Source: Oscillospiraceae bacterium (GTDB lineage Bacteria; Bacillota; Clostridia; Oscillospirales; Oscillospiraceae). From it: a stretch of DNA of 36,482 nucleotides. Under the pieces are notes generated by a model, which had not been told where the DNA came from, did not search any database, and worked only from the letters and a program-made list of their open reading frames with translations. The stretch lies in NCBI GenBank assembly GCA_017440065.1, contig JAFSHY010000125.1, forward strand, positions 1 to 36,482. The letters run 5' to 3'. Positions 1 to 8,137 of this stretch are shown here, in pieces; within the stretch, counting starts at the first letter, position 1; every line of letters begins with the position of its first letter. Made by a program: the position numbers and the translations under genes.

Positions 1-1111
1 TGATCATGGAGTCGATGATGGGCGTGGGCACACCGTACTGAACACCCAGATCGTGGTAAACCTTGCAGCCGATGGGCACATCTTCCGTCATATAGCGGTG
101 ATGGATGCTGTTGGGGCCGGTATTGCCTTCGGTGGAAGGCTGATCCAACGGGAACACCACATTATCATTGCCGTTTTCATCCAGGCCCATATACTCCTGC
201 GTCAGCACGCTGCGGCGGGAGAAGAACATCTCATACTTATATTCGGGGCAGCCGACACCGATGGCCTTCGCCAAGGCGATCTCCTCATTATAGAATTGAT
301 ACTGCACCTCACAGATGGAGGGACACAGGCCGTGGGAATACATGGAATAGGTAGTCTTATCATGACCGCAGAAGATGACGCCCCAGTTTTCCATGGTGGA
401 AACACCCAGCACCGTAGCGGGGACATGAATGACGGGATTGACGTTGGCAAAGTCCACATCCAGAACCGTTTCCGCTCTGGCAGGGCCGTCACCCTGCGTA
501 ACGGCATCCATACAGGGCAGGTATTTGGAGGATTCGAGGAATTCATCGGTATCCGTCATGGGCAGCGCGGCACCGCGAAGAGTAATGGCGCGATACTTGA
601 CACCGACATGAGGGAACTGGAACGCTCCGATGCTCTCGATTCTCGTACCGTAAGGAGCGGAAGACCAGCCGCCGACGATGACCTTCTTGGTGCAGCCCAT
701 TTCACGCATCAGACGGCGCAGCAGCAGGCAGCCGAAGTTATCCGCAAAGATATGGATGACCTGACCATCCTCCAGATGCGGGATCAGCTGACGGAAGATC
801 GGCTCATGCCCCCAGGAGCCGCAGCCCACAACGATCAGACCCGCGCCTTTGACCGCAGCCGCGATATCACTGGTGACCAGATCGAAGAAGGCTCTGCCGG
901 AGCGCTCAAAGCAATAGCGGTTTCTCTGCACACCGTCCAGAAGAATGCCGGTCTTATCCAGATCCTTCAGGGAGGTCTTCGCAAAGGGCATGGCATCAAA
1001 CAGACGCACTTCCCTGCCCGCCAGCTTCATATCCGCAGCGCAGGTCTTGCCGACCGCACCGCCGCCGAGAACAGCAATGGGCATATCCTTTAAATATTCC
1101 ATATTACGCAT
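1..1111 (-). CDS. NAD/NADP octopine/nopaline (opine) dehydrogenase-family oxidoreductase, 3' end runs off window
   Basis: Minus-strand frame is open from an ATG at 1111 to the window edge, with a GAGGTG RBS 5 nt upstream (alternative in-frame ATGs at 1102 and 1084). The N-terminus MRNMEYLKDMPIAVLGGGAVGKTCAADMKLAGREVRLFD has a Rossmann GxGxxG motif. The C-terminal part (..HHRYMTEDVPIGCKVYHDLGVQYGVPTPIIDS) matches the octopine-DH C-terminal domain pattern. The listed plus ORF 53..1093 is its antisense shadow. Confidence 0.6.
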   Translation of the reverse strand, partial: MRNMEYLKDMPIAVLGGGAVGKTCAADMKLAGREVRLFDAMPFAKTSLKDLDKTGILLDGVQRNRYCFERSGRAFFDLVTSDIAAAVKGAGLIVVGCGSWGHEPIFRQLIPHLEDGQVIHIFADNFGCLLLRRLMREMGCTKKVIVGGWSSAPYGTRIESIGAFQFPHVGVKYRAITLRGAALPMTDTDEFLESSKYLPCMDAVTQGDGPARAETVLDVDFANVNPVIHVPATVLGVSTMENWGVIFCGHDKTTYSMYSHGLCPSICEVQYQFYNEEIALAKAIGVGCPEYKYEMFFSRRSVLTQEYMGLDENGNDNVVFPLDQPSTEGNTGPNSIHHRYMTEDVPIGCKVYHDLGVQYGVPTPIIDSMI

Positions 1112-1154
1112 AACAGCACCTCATATTCAAAAGAATCATGCAATTCATCCTTGC

Positions 1155-1177
1155 ATACTGTCACTATACCGCAGTAT
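1155..1177. promoter_or_regulatory. LysR-type T-N11-A operator box (ATACTG-N11-CAGTAT) in the divergent intergenic region
   Basis: Perfect 6-bp inverted repeat ATACTG / CAGTAT separated by an 11-nt spacer, located between the divergent opine-DH and LysR genes. This is the classic LTTR recognition architecture. Confidence 0.45.
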
Positions 1178-1239
1178 AATGAATTTGTAAAACGAATAGA
1201 ACTGATAGATTTGATCATGAATTTCGATTGGAGTATGAT

Positions 1240-2127
1240 ATGGATACGCGTACCTTACAGACATTTCTCAAGGTTCTGGATCTCGGCAGCTTTACAAAAG
1301 CAGCGCAGGAGCTGGGCTATGCTCAATCCACCGTTACGGCGCAGATCCGTCAGTTGGAGGACGAGCTTGGCTATCCTCTATTTGACCGCATCGGAAGAAA
1401 TGTATTTTTGACAGAATCGGGAAAATCCTTTTCCGCCTATGCAGCAGAGATCCTGCGGCTTTCCGAGCAGGCACAGTTTATCGCAAAGGAAGCGCAGGAT
1501 ACCGTCGGCACCCTGCGGATCGGGGTGCTGGAATCCCTGCTCTTTTCCGTCATGACGGAGGTTTTACCAAAATATCGCAGGATCTATCCCAAGGTCAATG
1601 TGCAGATCAAAATGGGCAGCGCCAGAGATCTGCTCCACTGGCTGAAAGAAAATCAGTTGGACATGGTGTATTATTCCCACGACCGCTGCGATGATCCCGA
1701 TCTGCATTTATGCTATCTGAGAGAAGAGCAGCTATGCTTTGTTGCCTCGCCCGATCATCCGCTCTGCGCCAAGGAAGCGGTTGCACTCGGGGATATACTG
1801 TCCCATCCGATGATCATGCCCGAACGGACAGGCCTCTGCTGGAACAGGCTGGAAAAACTGGCAGCAGAATATGCCCTGCCGCTGCATTGCTCCACGGAGG
1901 TGACCAGTGTCCGCGCGATTGCCCAGATGCTTCCCGAAAGCGCCGCCTGCAGCTTTCTTCCCCGCTATTCCATCCTCGAGCAGCTGAATCGGGGCGAACT
2001 TCGGGAACTGAAAGTAGAAATTCCGGAGCAGCTCTATTATTCCCAGATCGTTCACCACAGGAGCAAATGGATCCCGCCTTATCAGACCGCCATGATCGGT
2101 CTGATCCGCGAGGAACGACCCGAGTAA
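1240..2127 (+). CDS. LysR-family transcriptional regulator
   Basis: N-terminal HTH (TLQTFLKVLDLGSFTKAAQELGYAQSTVTAQIRQLEDELGYPLFDR) plus a C-terminal substrate-binding domain. The ATG at 1240 is preceded by GGAG 6 nt upstream; the track start 1228 is a TTG. It is divergent from a putative target gene. Confidence 0.9.
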   Translation: MDTRTLQTFLKVLDLGSFTKAAQELGYAQSTVTAQIRQLEDELGYPLFDRIGRNVFLTESGKSFSAYAAEILRLSEQAQFIAKEAQDTVGTLRIGVLESLLFSVMTEVLPKYRRIYPKVNVQIKMGSARDLLHWLKENQLDMVYYSHDRCDDPDLHLCYLREEQLCFVASPDHPLCAKEAVALGDILSHPMIMPERTGLCWNRLEKLAAEYALPLHCSTEVTSVRAIAQMLPESAACSFLPRYSILEQLNRGELRELKVEIPEQLYYSQIVHHRSKWIPPYQTAMIGLIREERPE

Positions 2128-2143
2128 AGAAAAAACGGAAGAC

Positions 2144-2354
2144 CATTGCTCGTTCCTCATAAGAAAACATAGCCCCTTCGCCGTACCTTTTCCGCCGCTT
2201 CTGTGTTGTTTTTCCTTGCATTACACAAAGTAGTGCTGCGAAAAAACGCCTTGAATCGACGAAAAATACACAGGCGAATGGCTGATATCAGTTACGGGTC
2301 ATAGACATCTGTCTATGACCCGTAATCTATGTTTTCTGATTCGGAACTCGCTTT
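2144..2354. repeat. Left copy of a ~211-bp inverted repeat (IR-L); contains a perfect 32-nt palindrome (2293-2324) and a CTGATATCAG palindrome (2282-2291)
   Basis: The reverse complement of 2144-2354 aligns with 17997-18206 at roughly 92% identity over the full length (checked by eye, base by base). The internal hairpin followed by TATGTTTTCTGATT resembles an intrinsic terminator reading from LysR. Confidence 0.85.
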
Positions 2355-2373
2355 CCGGTCTTCCGTTTATTTG

Positions 2374-5300
2374 TTACCAGCTGAAGGTTTCGGTCCAAAG
2401 CGCAATGACGCCGAGGAAATTTCTGGGCTGCAGGTAATTCATACCGCCGTAGCCGTAGCCTGCCGCCTCGACCTTGCCGTCTTCACGGACGCCGAAGGAC
2501 GTGTACGCACCGGCATGGATCGATTCGATATTTCTCCACGCGGATACACCGCACTGCCCCTTGCCGTTCTGACCGGCGGCATAGACCGTGCCGTCTTCCC
2601 GCAGCGCCAGCAGATGGTTGTCGCTGCCCTGAAGATCCACCACATCCTCCCAAAAACCGGTCTGCGTGGCCACGGAGGAGTTCATTCCGGCAAACACCGT
2701 GGTGCCGTCATGCCGCAAGCCCACGGAGTATTCACCCACATAGATCTGAACCAGATCGGAATGATCCCATTCATCGATACCGGAAAGCTGATTATTGCCA
2801 TTGGTGCCGGTGCAATGAATCGATCCGTCCTCGCAGATCATGGCAAGTGCGCCGTAGTCACCGCAGATCTCCTTCACCTGCCAGCCTCCCACACGGGAGC
2901 CGGAATAGGATTCCAGCCACGGATGAATGCCCTCCCAGCCTTCGATCTGTGTGGCCCGCATAGCGCCGTCATCCAGCACCACAAGCGTTCCGCTGCCGGT
3001 GGCATGATCGATGGCACGGATCATTTTTACATCGCGGAATCCGGAAACATCACAGGCGGGATTCGTATACTCCGATGCCGCAACCACCGTGCCGTCCTCA
3101 CAAAGTCCCACGAGATGCAGACGGGATGCGCTGATCTGCACGATGCCTTCCCAGCTTTCCACTTCCGCTTCCATGGATTCCGGCCCGGCAAACGCCACCG
3201 TACCGTCCTCCCGTAAGCCCGCGGAGAAACTTGTTCCGCAATCGGCAGCCACGATATCCTTCCAATCGCTGACATTGCACTGTCCGTTATCATTGAGGCC
3301 GTTTGCCACGGCAGTACCGTTTTCACGGATACCGACCACATGGTAATCGCCGGGAGCCACAAACGCGATTTTCTTCCAGCCTTCGGCATAGGTATTGTTA
3401 GTGACAAAGGTGACGCCGATCACCAATGCAGCAGCCATCACCGCCGTAAAGATCAGGTGGAGGAAGCCACTGCCGGGACTTTTCAGATTACGGGTATAGG
3501 AGAAGCCTTCACTGTTCCGAACAGTCAATGCGGGGATCTTAAGATCATTTCTGCCGTACTTGGCGGCAATGGAACGGGCACGTTCCTCATAATTCTGCGC
3601 GATGCGCTGATTGACATCGTATACATGCTCCGCCGCCTTATTGCAGACTCTCACCTTGCCCGCATTGCGGGATACGGAAGCCATGGCAAGGAATCGAAGC
3701 ACAAGCCAGAGAACGGCGGCAACCGCAATGGCGATCAGAAACACCTTCTGCGTGTGCTTTCCATAGACGATAAACACACCGACGCAAAGTCCGCCGCCCA
3801 GCAAAACGCCCAGCAGATTCTGTTCAAAGCTCTTCAGCGTTGTGAAAAGATTGAAGGCGGTCAAGGCAACGCCGCCGATGAACATCCATTTGGCCAGCTG
3901 ATAGAGCAGACCTTCGTAGTCATGGGACTGCACATAGCTTCGCACCAGCGTCATCTGCGCCACCAGAAGAAGCAGCATACCGAAGAACGAAAGCCACGAT
4001 GCGCGCTTGAGGTCATACATCGAGAAATCGAAATCTTCGATTGCGAGATTATACTCGTTTTCCGCCACAGACTGTTCCGTGAATAACGGTTCCGTCGCGG
4101 TATCTCTGCACTCGTACGCTTCCTTGAGACTCTTCGTTTGCCGCACGGCCTGATAGGCGGCGCGATAGCGGTCGATCTCGCGAAGTCGGGAATCTTCCTT
4201 CGGCAAATACAGATAGACACTCTGAATGGCCGCTTCCACCGACTCTACATACGCAACAGAATGGTTGGTCAGATTGGAGGTCAGCTTGCAGAGCCAATCC
4301 CAAACCTTTTCCCGCATCAGACGGGACATTGCCGCACGGTACTGTTCTCTGCGGGATTCCTGCGAAAACTGCAGCGCGTGCTGGTAATTCTGATCCAGCT
4401 CTTCGGAAATGACAGGTTCTGTCAGTTCTTTCGTCTGCGCACGGACAAGACCCCAATGCGCCTCCGCTTCTTCCGCGTTTCGCGTAAGCACATCGGCATA
4501 AATTGCAGCAGCCTGCTCGAACTGCCTCTGCTGCATCAGCTGCTCTGCCTTGCGGAGCAGCTCAAGGATCTCCTTGGTCAGCGAAACGCTCTGGTGGGTG
4601 CGGCCGAACATCTCATTGATCTTCGCAAGCACCGTATCATCAAAGCCCGCGCCTTCATAAGGAATAGACTGCAGCGGCTGCAGTTCCAAAGGCAGCTGCT
4701 CGGGCGTCATGCCGCGAAACACCGAAAGCATCTTTCTGCCCGCATCCTGACGGCGATAAGCAAGGAAGCGCTTCCAAACCGCTCTGTAACGCGGCTGTTC
4801 CGTACGGGTAGCAGACGTTGCAATGACGATCATGGCGGAAGACTTTTCCGCGATGGCCATCTCATAGAGGTTCTTATCCGCTTCCGGCTGCTGCGCCAGC
4901 ATGGTACAGGGCAAAAACACCCGATAGCCCGCGTCATGCAGCACCTTACCCACCTGATTGGCCAGCAGATAATCTGCCGTTCCGGGCTGCTCCACGCAGT
5001 TGATGTAAATATCGAAGGCGCCCATTCTGCGGGAGATCTCAAGCATTTTCCGCTGTTGGGCTTCGATCTCACGGGAAAGGCCTTCATAATAGTATCTGGC
5101 TTCGCGCGGGCAGTAGTCGATCATCTTCCCGTAGCTGGGATCGGAGGTAAAGAGATCCGTTTCCATGCGGTGGAAGATGATATTCTGATAGGTTTCCGCT
5201 GCTTCGGAGATCTCCACGCCGAATTTACTGAGCAGATAGCCCCAATGGGCTGCCGTTTCCTTGGCATCGACCTTCAGAATTCTGCTGTAGTAAGTCAGCG

Positions 5301-5472
5301 CGATATCAAAGCTGCGGTTCGCCAGCGCTTCCGCGGCCAGATGATAGATATTCTGCTTATTGGCAAACTGATTGGGTACCACGAACAGATTGCCGCAAAC
5401 GGGACATTTTACGATCTGCCCGTCCTGTGCCACAGGGATCTGCTTACCGCAGCAGCTGCACTGAAAATTCAT
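2374..5472 (-). CDS. Large membrane protein C: N-terminal zinc ribbon, TPR-like helical module, TIR-like domain, 5 TM helices, C-terminal RCC1-like beta-propeller repeats
   Basis: 1032 aa; ATG at 5472 with a GGGAGG RBS. CxxC..x17..CxxC at the N-terminus, then the AAHWGYLLSKFGVE motif shared with its two paralogs. Residues ~150-235 are TIR-like (FDIYINC...). Five hydrophobic helices lie at ~490-690. The C-terminal ~330 aa show repeated G..REDGTV..G.N..GQC..S.W units typical of RCC1 blades. Confidence 0.8.
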   Translation of the reverse strand: MNFQCSCCGKQIPVAQDGQIVKCPVCGNLFVVPNQFANKQNIYHLAAEALANRSFDIALTYYSRILKVDAKETAAHWGYLLSKFGVEISEAAETYQNIIFHRMETDLFTSDPSYGKMIDYCPREARYYYEGLSREIEAQQRKMLEISRRMGAFDIYINCVEQPGTADYLLANQVGKVLHDAGYRVFLPCTMLAQQPEADKNLYEMAIAEKSSAMIVIATSATRTEQPRYRAVWKRFLAYRRQDAGRKMLSVFRGMTPEQLPLELQPLQSIPYEGAGFDDTVLAKINEMFGRTHQSVSLTKEILELLRKAEQLMQQRQFEQAAAIYADVLTRNAEEAEAHWGLVRAQTKELTEPVISEELDQNYQHALQFSQESRREQYRAAMSRLMREKVWDWLCKLTSNLTNHSVAYVESVEAAIQSVYLYLPKEDSRLREIDRYRAAYQAVRQTKSLKEAYECRDTATEPLFTEQSVAENEYNLAIEDFDFSMYDLKRASWLSFFGMLLLLVAQMTLVRSYVQSHDYEGLLYQLAKWMFIGGVALTAFNLFTTLKSFEQNLLGVLLGGGLCVGVFIVYGKHTQKVFLIAIAVAAVLWLVLRFLAMASVSRNAGKVRVCNKAAEHVYDVNQRIAQNYEERARSIAAKYGRNDLKIPALTVRNSEGFSYTRNLKSPGSGFLHLIFTAVMAAALVIGVTFVTNNTYAEGWKKIAFVAPGDYHVVGIRENGTAVANGLNDNGQCNVSDWKDIVAADCGTSFSAGLREDGTVAFAGPESMEAEVESWEGIVQISASRLHLVGLCEDGTVVAASEYTNPACDVSGFRDVKMIRAIDHATGSGTLVVLDDGAMRATQIEGWEGIHPWLESYSGSRVGGWQVKEICGDYGALAMICEDGSIHCTGTNGNNQLSGIDEWDHSDLVQIYVGEYSVGLRHDGTTVFAGMNSSVATQTGFWEDVVDLQGSDNHLLALREDGTVYAAGQNGKGQCGVSAWRNIESIHAGAYTSFGVREDGKVEAAGYGYGGMNYLQPRNFLGVIALWTETFSW

Positions 5473-5490
5473 ATGCGTTTCCTCCCTTAA

Positions 5491-8136
5491 TCAGCGGCAG
5501 ATGCCAATGTTATCCAGGCCGTTAATGGCTTTGCGCATGGCGATCTCCTTTTCTTCCATGCCGTTCAGACCGTAGCCGCTGCGGTCCGGCATGATTCGGA
5601 CATCCATGATATCGCAAAGCTCCAGCAGGAACGTATTATCGAACGCGACCTTATCGGTGATGGGCCAGCCCGTAGAGAAGACCTTACCAGAGGTGGTCAG
5701 AACGGCCACATCCTCACTGTCGGTCACGACCGCGAGAACAGACCCGCAGGGAAGATCTGTACCCGGCTCGATCATGCCGTTCGTGGCATGCCAGCCGATC
5801 ACGGACATGCTGCTTTCCCTGTTCACGATATAAAGGCGGACAGAGAAATCGGGAGAATCCCAGTATCTGGCGGTAATGCCGATGTAAGCGGCATCGGTTC
5901 GGTCAATCACAAGAGCCTGCATTTCGGGATGAGAACAGTAGACCGTGCCGTCCTTACGCACCGCAGCGACATAATCGGCATAGATATCAAACTGCAGCAC
6001 ATTCTGCGCCAGTTCTCCGTTGACGGCGCAAAGCAGCGTGCCGTCCTCCCGAAGACCTACGGCTTTGGAATCCGTGACCTGAATGGAGCGCATCTCCGTC
6101 CAGCCGGAAATATCACCCACGGAAGCTACATCACCGACGAGGTAAGCCGTGCCGTCCGCACGGACAAAGCCGCCGGAATTGCCGGAATCGGAAAGCGATA
6201 CCGAGCGGTAGCCGCCATCTTCAATGGGCAGATGATCGCAGCCGTATTTGATCAGCGCACCGGTTTCCGCGGTGATACCGATCAGAGAGCCGTTGTCGCT
6301 GCAGGTCACAAGCCCCTGACTCTGATAAATACGCCATACATCCAGATAAGCAGGTTCAGAAATGCCGAAACCGCGCAGCGCGTCATAAGCATCGCGGTAC
6401 CTGCCCTGCTCATAGAAGTCGATGCCTTCCTGCAGCCAGCGATCCAGATAATCCTGTGCTTCAGGGAAATGCTCCGTCAGATCCAGCATCGTTCCGACGG
6501 CACCTGCACGGGTATCCAGACTTTCACCGTTAAACTGCGCACCGTAAAACAGCTTCTGCAGATTTTCCGATTCGCAGACGGAAAGCATATAGGCACTGTC
6601 CTGATAATCGCCAAGATCCTCAAAGATCTCCATGGCTTCATAGTACTGGCCGCCTTCATAGTAGGACATAGCCGTTTTGTACTGTCTGCGCTGCTCACCG
6701 TGCACCTTATCATACTGATAATAAACAATGCCTCCGACCGCCAGCGCAATGACCAGCAGAATGGAAAGGACGATGGCGCGGTCTTTCGCCTTGCGCTTTT
6801 TCTTGAGAAGCGCCTGATGCTTACGCTCCACTTCCTGTTTGGCAAGTTCTCTTGCGCGTTCCTCTTCCGCGATTCGGCGCTCTTCTTCTTCTTCCTGCGC
6901 CAGTCTTCTCTGATAGGTCTGTTCCGCTGCGGCGGCAACATTCTGAATGGTCTGACGTTCCCGTTCGTTGGCAAAAGCCACGGCAGAACGGTAATTACCG
7001 TCCTCACGGATGAGAACGCCTTTTTCCACCAGCTCATTCTCGTTGCTGCAGCCGTTGGCAGCCAGCAGAAGTCCCCAATAAGCCTGACTCTCGCGGGCGT
7101 TGTAGCTCAGCACCTGCTCAAAGGTTTCCTTGGCGGTACGGAAGCTTCGGTTATCCAGCGCAAGACGGCCCTGACGGATCAGGTTGGTATACTCATAGTT
7201 ATTATGGCTGCCGCTCTCGGTATGTAGGGCATCGGCAAAGTCGGTTTCCCCACCGCGGACAAGATTGCAAAGCGCAGGAAGGAACTCTCGGTTTTCCATG
7301 GAAACGCGGTGATCCGCTCCGTCAAAGATCGAATCGGGGATATCCTCGTATTCATCCAGCGCAGCGTAAGCCACGATCAGACGACGGATCGAACCGGACG
7401 CAGAACGGACATCCTTCGCCTTGAGAGAAAGGAAACGTTCGGCATCGAACAGCTCATCCTCGGGAAACGCCTGTTTACCGACGGCAATATAGACCATAAC
7501 AGATGCGGTATTCATGCCGTGGAACAGCACAGGCTCCCATGCCTGCCGCTGCTCCTGATGCAGCTCCATGGCGGGACAAAGGCAGCGGAGGCCCGCGGCG
7601 GTCAGCGCCGATTTAATGGCGGCAGCACGCTCCATGGATGCGCGGCTGCGAACGTCGGAAACGATCAGAACATCGTAGGGAGCGGTAACAGAAGCGAAGG
7701 AAGAAACCTGCTTTTGCAGCTGCGCGATCTTTCTGGTTTCCTCCATATAGATCCCGCGTTCTTCCTCGGTGCCCAGTTCAAAGGCCTTCCGCACATCGGG
7801 ATCTGCCGCAAAGCTCTGCAGCATGGCCTGATGACAGACAAGACGGTATTCTCCGCCGCCGATGGGCTGATATTCCACCTCATAACGGCTGATGGCACGA
7901 CCCCACCACGCGGCAGAGTTTTCGGGATGCTGCTTGAGAATATTGGTATAAGTAGAAAGCGCGCTGGAAAAATCGCGGCGCATACATGCCTGCTGCGCAT
8001 ACAGGAAGCTGCTTTCCAGAGCGGTATACCCTCTCGGGACAGGAACCGCATTGCCGCAGCGGTCGCAAAGGGCGATCCTTTGGTTTTCCGTTACGGTAAC
8101 AGTTCCGCCGCACTGAGAACAATAGATACGAAGCAT
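5491..8136 (-). CDS. Large membrane protein B: zinc ribbon, TPR-like, TIR-like, coiled coil, single TM, extracellular TPR and beta-propeller repeats
   Basis: 881 aa; ATG at 8136, 1 nt after the stop of the upstream gene, with its RBS GGGGAG inside the last codons of that gene (translational coupling). [11 protein letters not shown] zinc ribbon, AAWWGRAISRYEVEY motif, YDVLIVSD.. TIR-like segment, a Glu/Arg-rich coiled coil, TM helix AIVLSILLVIALAVGGIVYY, then repeat-rich C-terminus (..GLREDGTLL..). Confidence 0.8.
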   Translation of the reverse strand: MLRIYCSQCGGTVTVTENQRIALCDRCGNAVPVPRGYTALESSFLYAQQACMRRDFSSALSTYTNILKQHPENSAAWWGRAISRYEVEYQPIGGGEYRLVCHQAMLQSFAADPDVRKAFELGTEEERGIYMEETRKIAQLQKQVSSFASVTAPYDVLIVSDVRSRASMERAAAIKSALTAAGLRCLCPAMELHQEQRQAWEPVLFHGMNTASVMVYIAVGKQAFPEDELFDAERFLSLKAKDVRSASGSIRRLIVAYAALDEYEDIPDSIFDGADHRVSMENREFLPALCNLVRGGETDFADALHTESGSHNNYEYTNLIRQGRLALDNRSFRTAKETFEQVLSYNARESQAYWGLLLAANGCSNENELVEKGVLIREDGNYRSAVAFANERERQTIQNVAAAAEQTYQRRLAQEEEEERRIAEEERARELAKQEVERKHQALLKKKRKAKDRAIVLSILLVIALAVGGIVYYQYDKVHGEQRRQYKTAMSYYEGGQYYEAMEIFEDLGDYQDSAYMLSVCESENLQKLFYGAQFNGESLDTRAGAVGTMLDLTEHFPEAQDYLDRWLQEGIDFYEQGRYRDAYDALRGFGISEPAYLDVWRIYQSQGLVTCSDNGSLIGITAETGALIKYGCDHLPIEDGGYRSVSLSDSGNSGGFVRADGTAYLVGDVASVGDISGWTEMRSIQVTDSKAVGLREDGTLLCAVNGELAQNVLQFDIYADYVAAVRKDGTVYCSHPEMQALVIDRTDAAYIGITARYWDSPDFSVRLYIVNRESSMSVIGWHATNGMIEPGTDLPCGSVLAVVTDSEDVAVLTTSGKVFSTGWPITDKVAFDNTFLLELCDIMDVRIMPDRSGYGLNGMEEKEIAMRKAINGLDNIGICR

Positions 8137-8137
8137 A

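Noticed and set aside
53-1093. 346-aa plus-strand ORF
   Set aside because: Antisense shadow of the minus-strand opine-dehydrogenase gene, which has the Rossmann motif, an RBS and a family-typical C-terminus. The plus-frame translation is low-complexity and Ala/Gly/Arg-rich.
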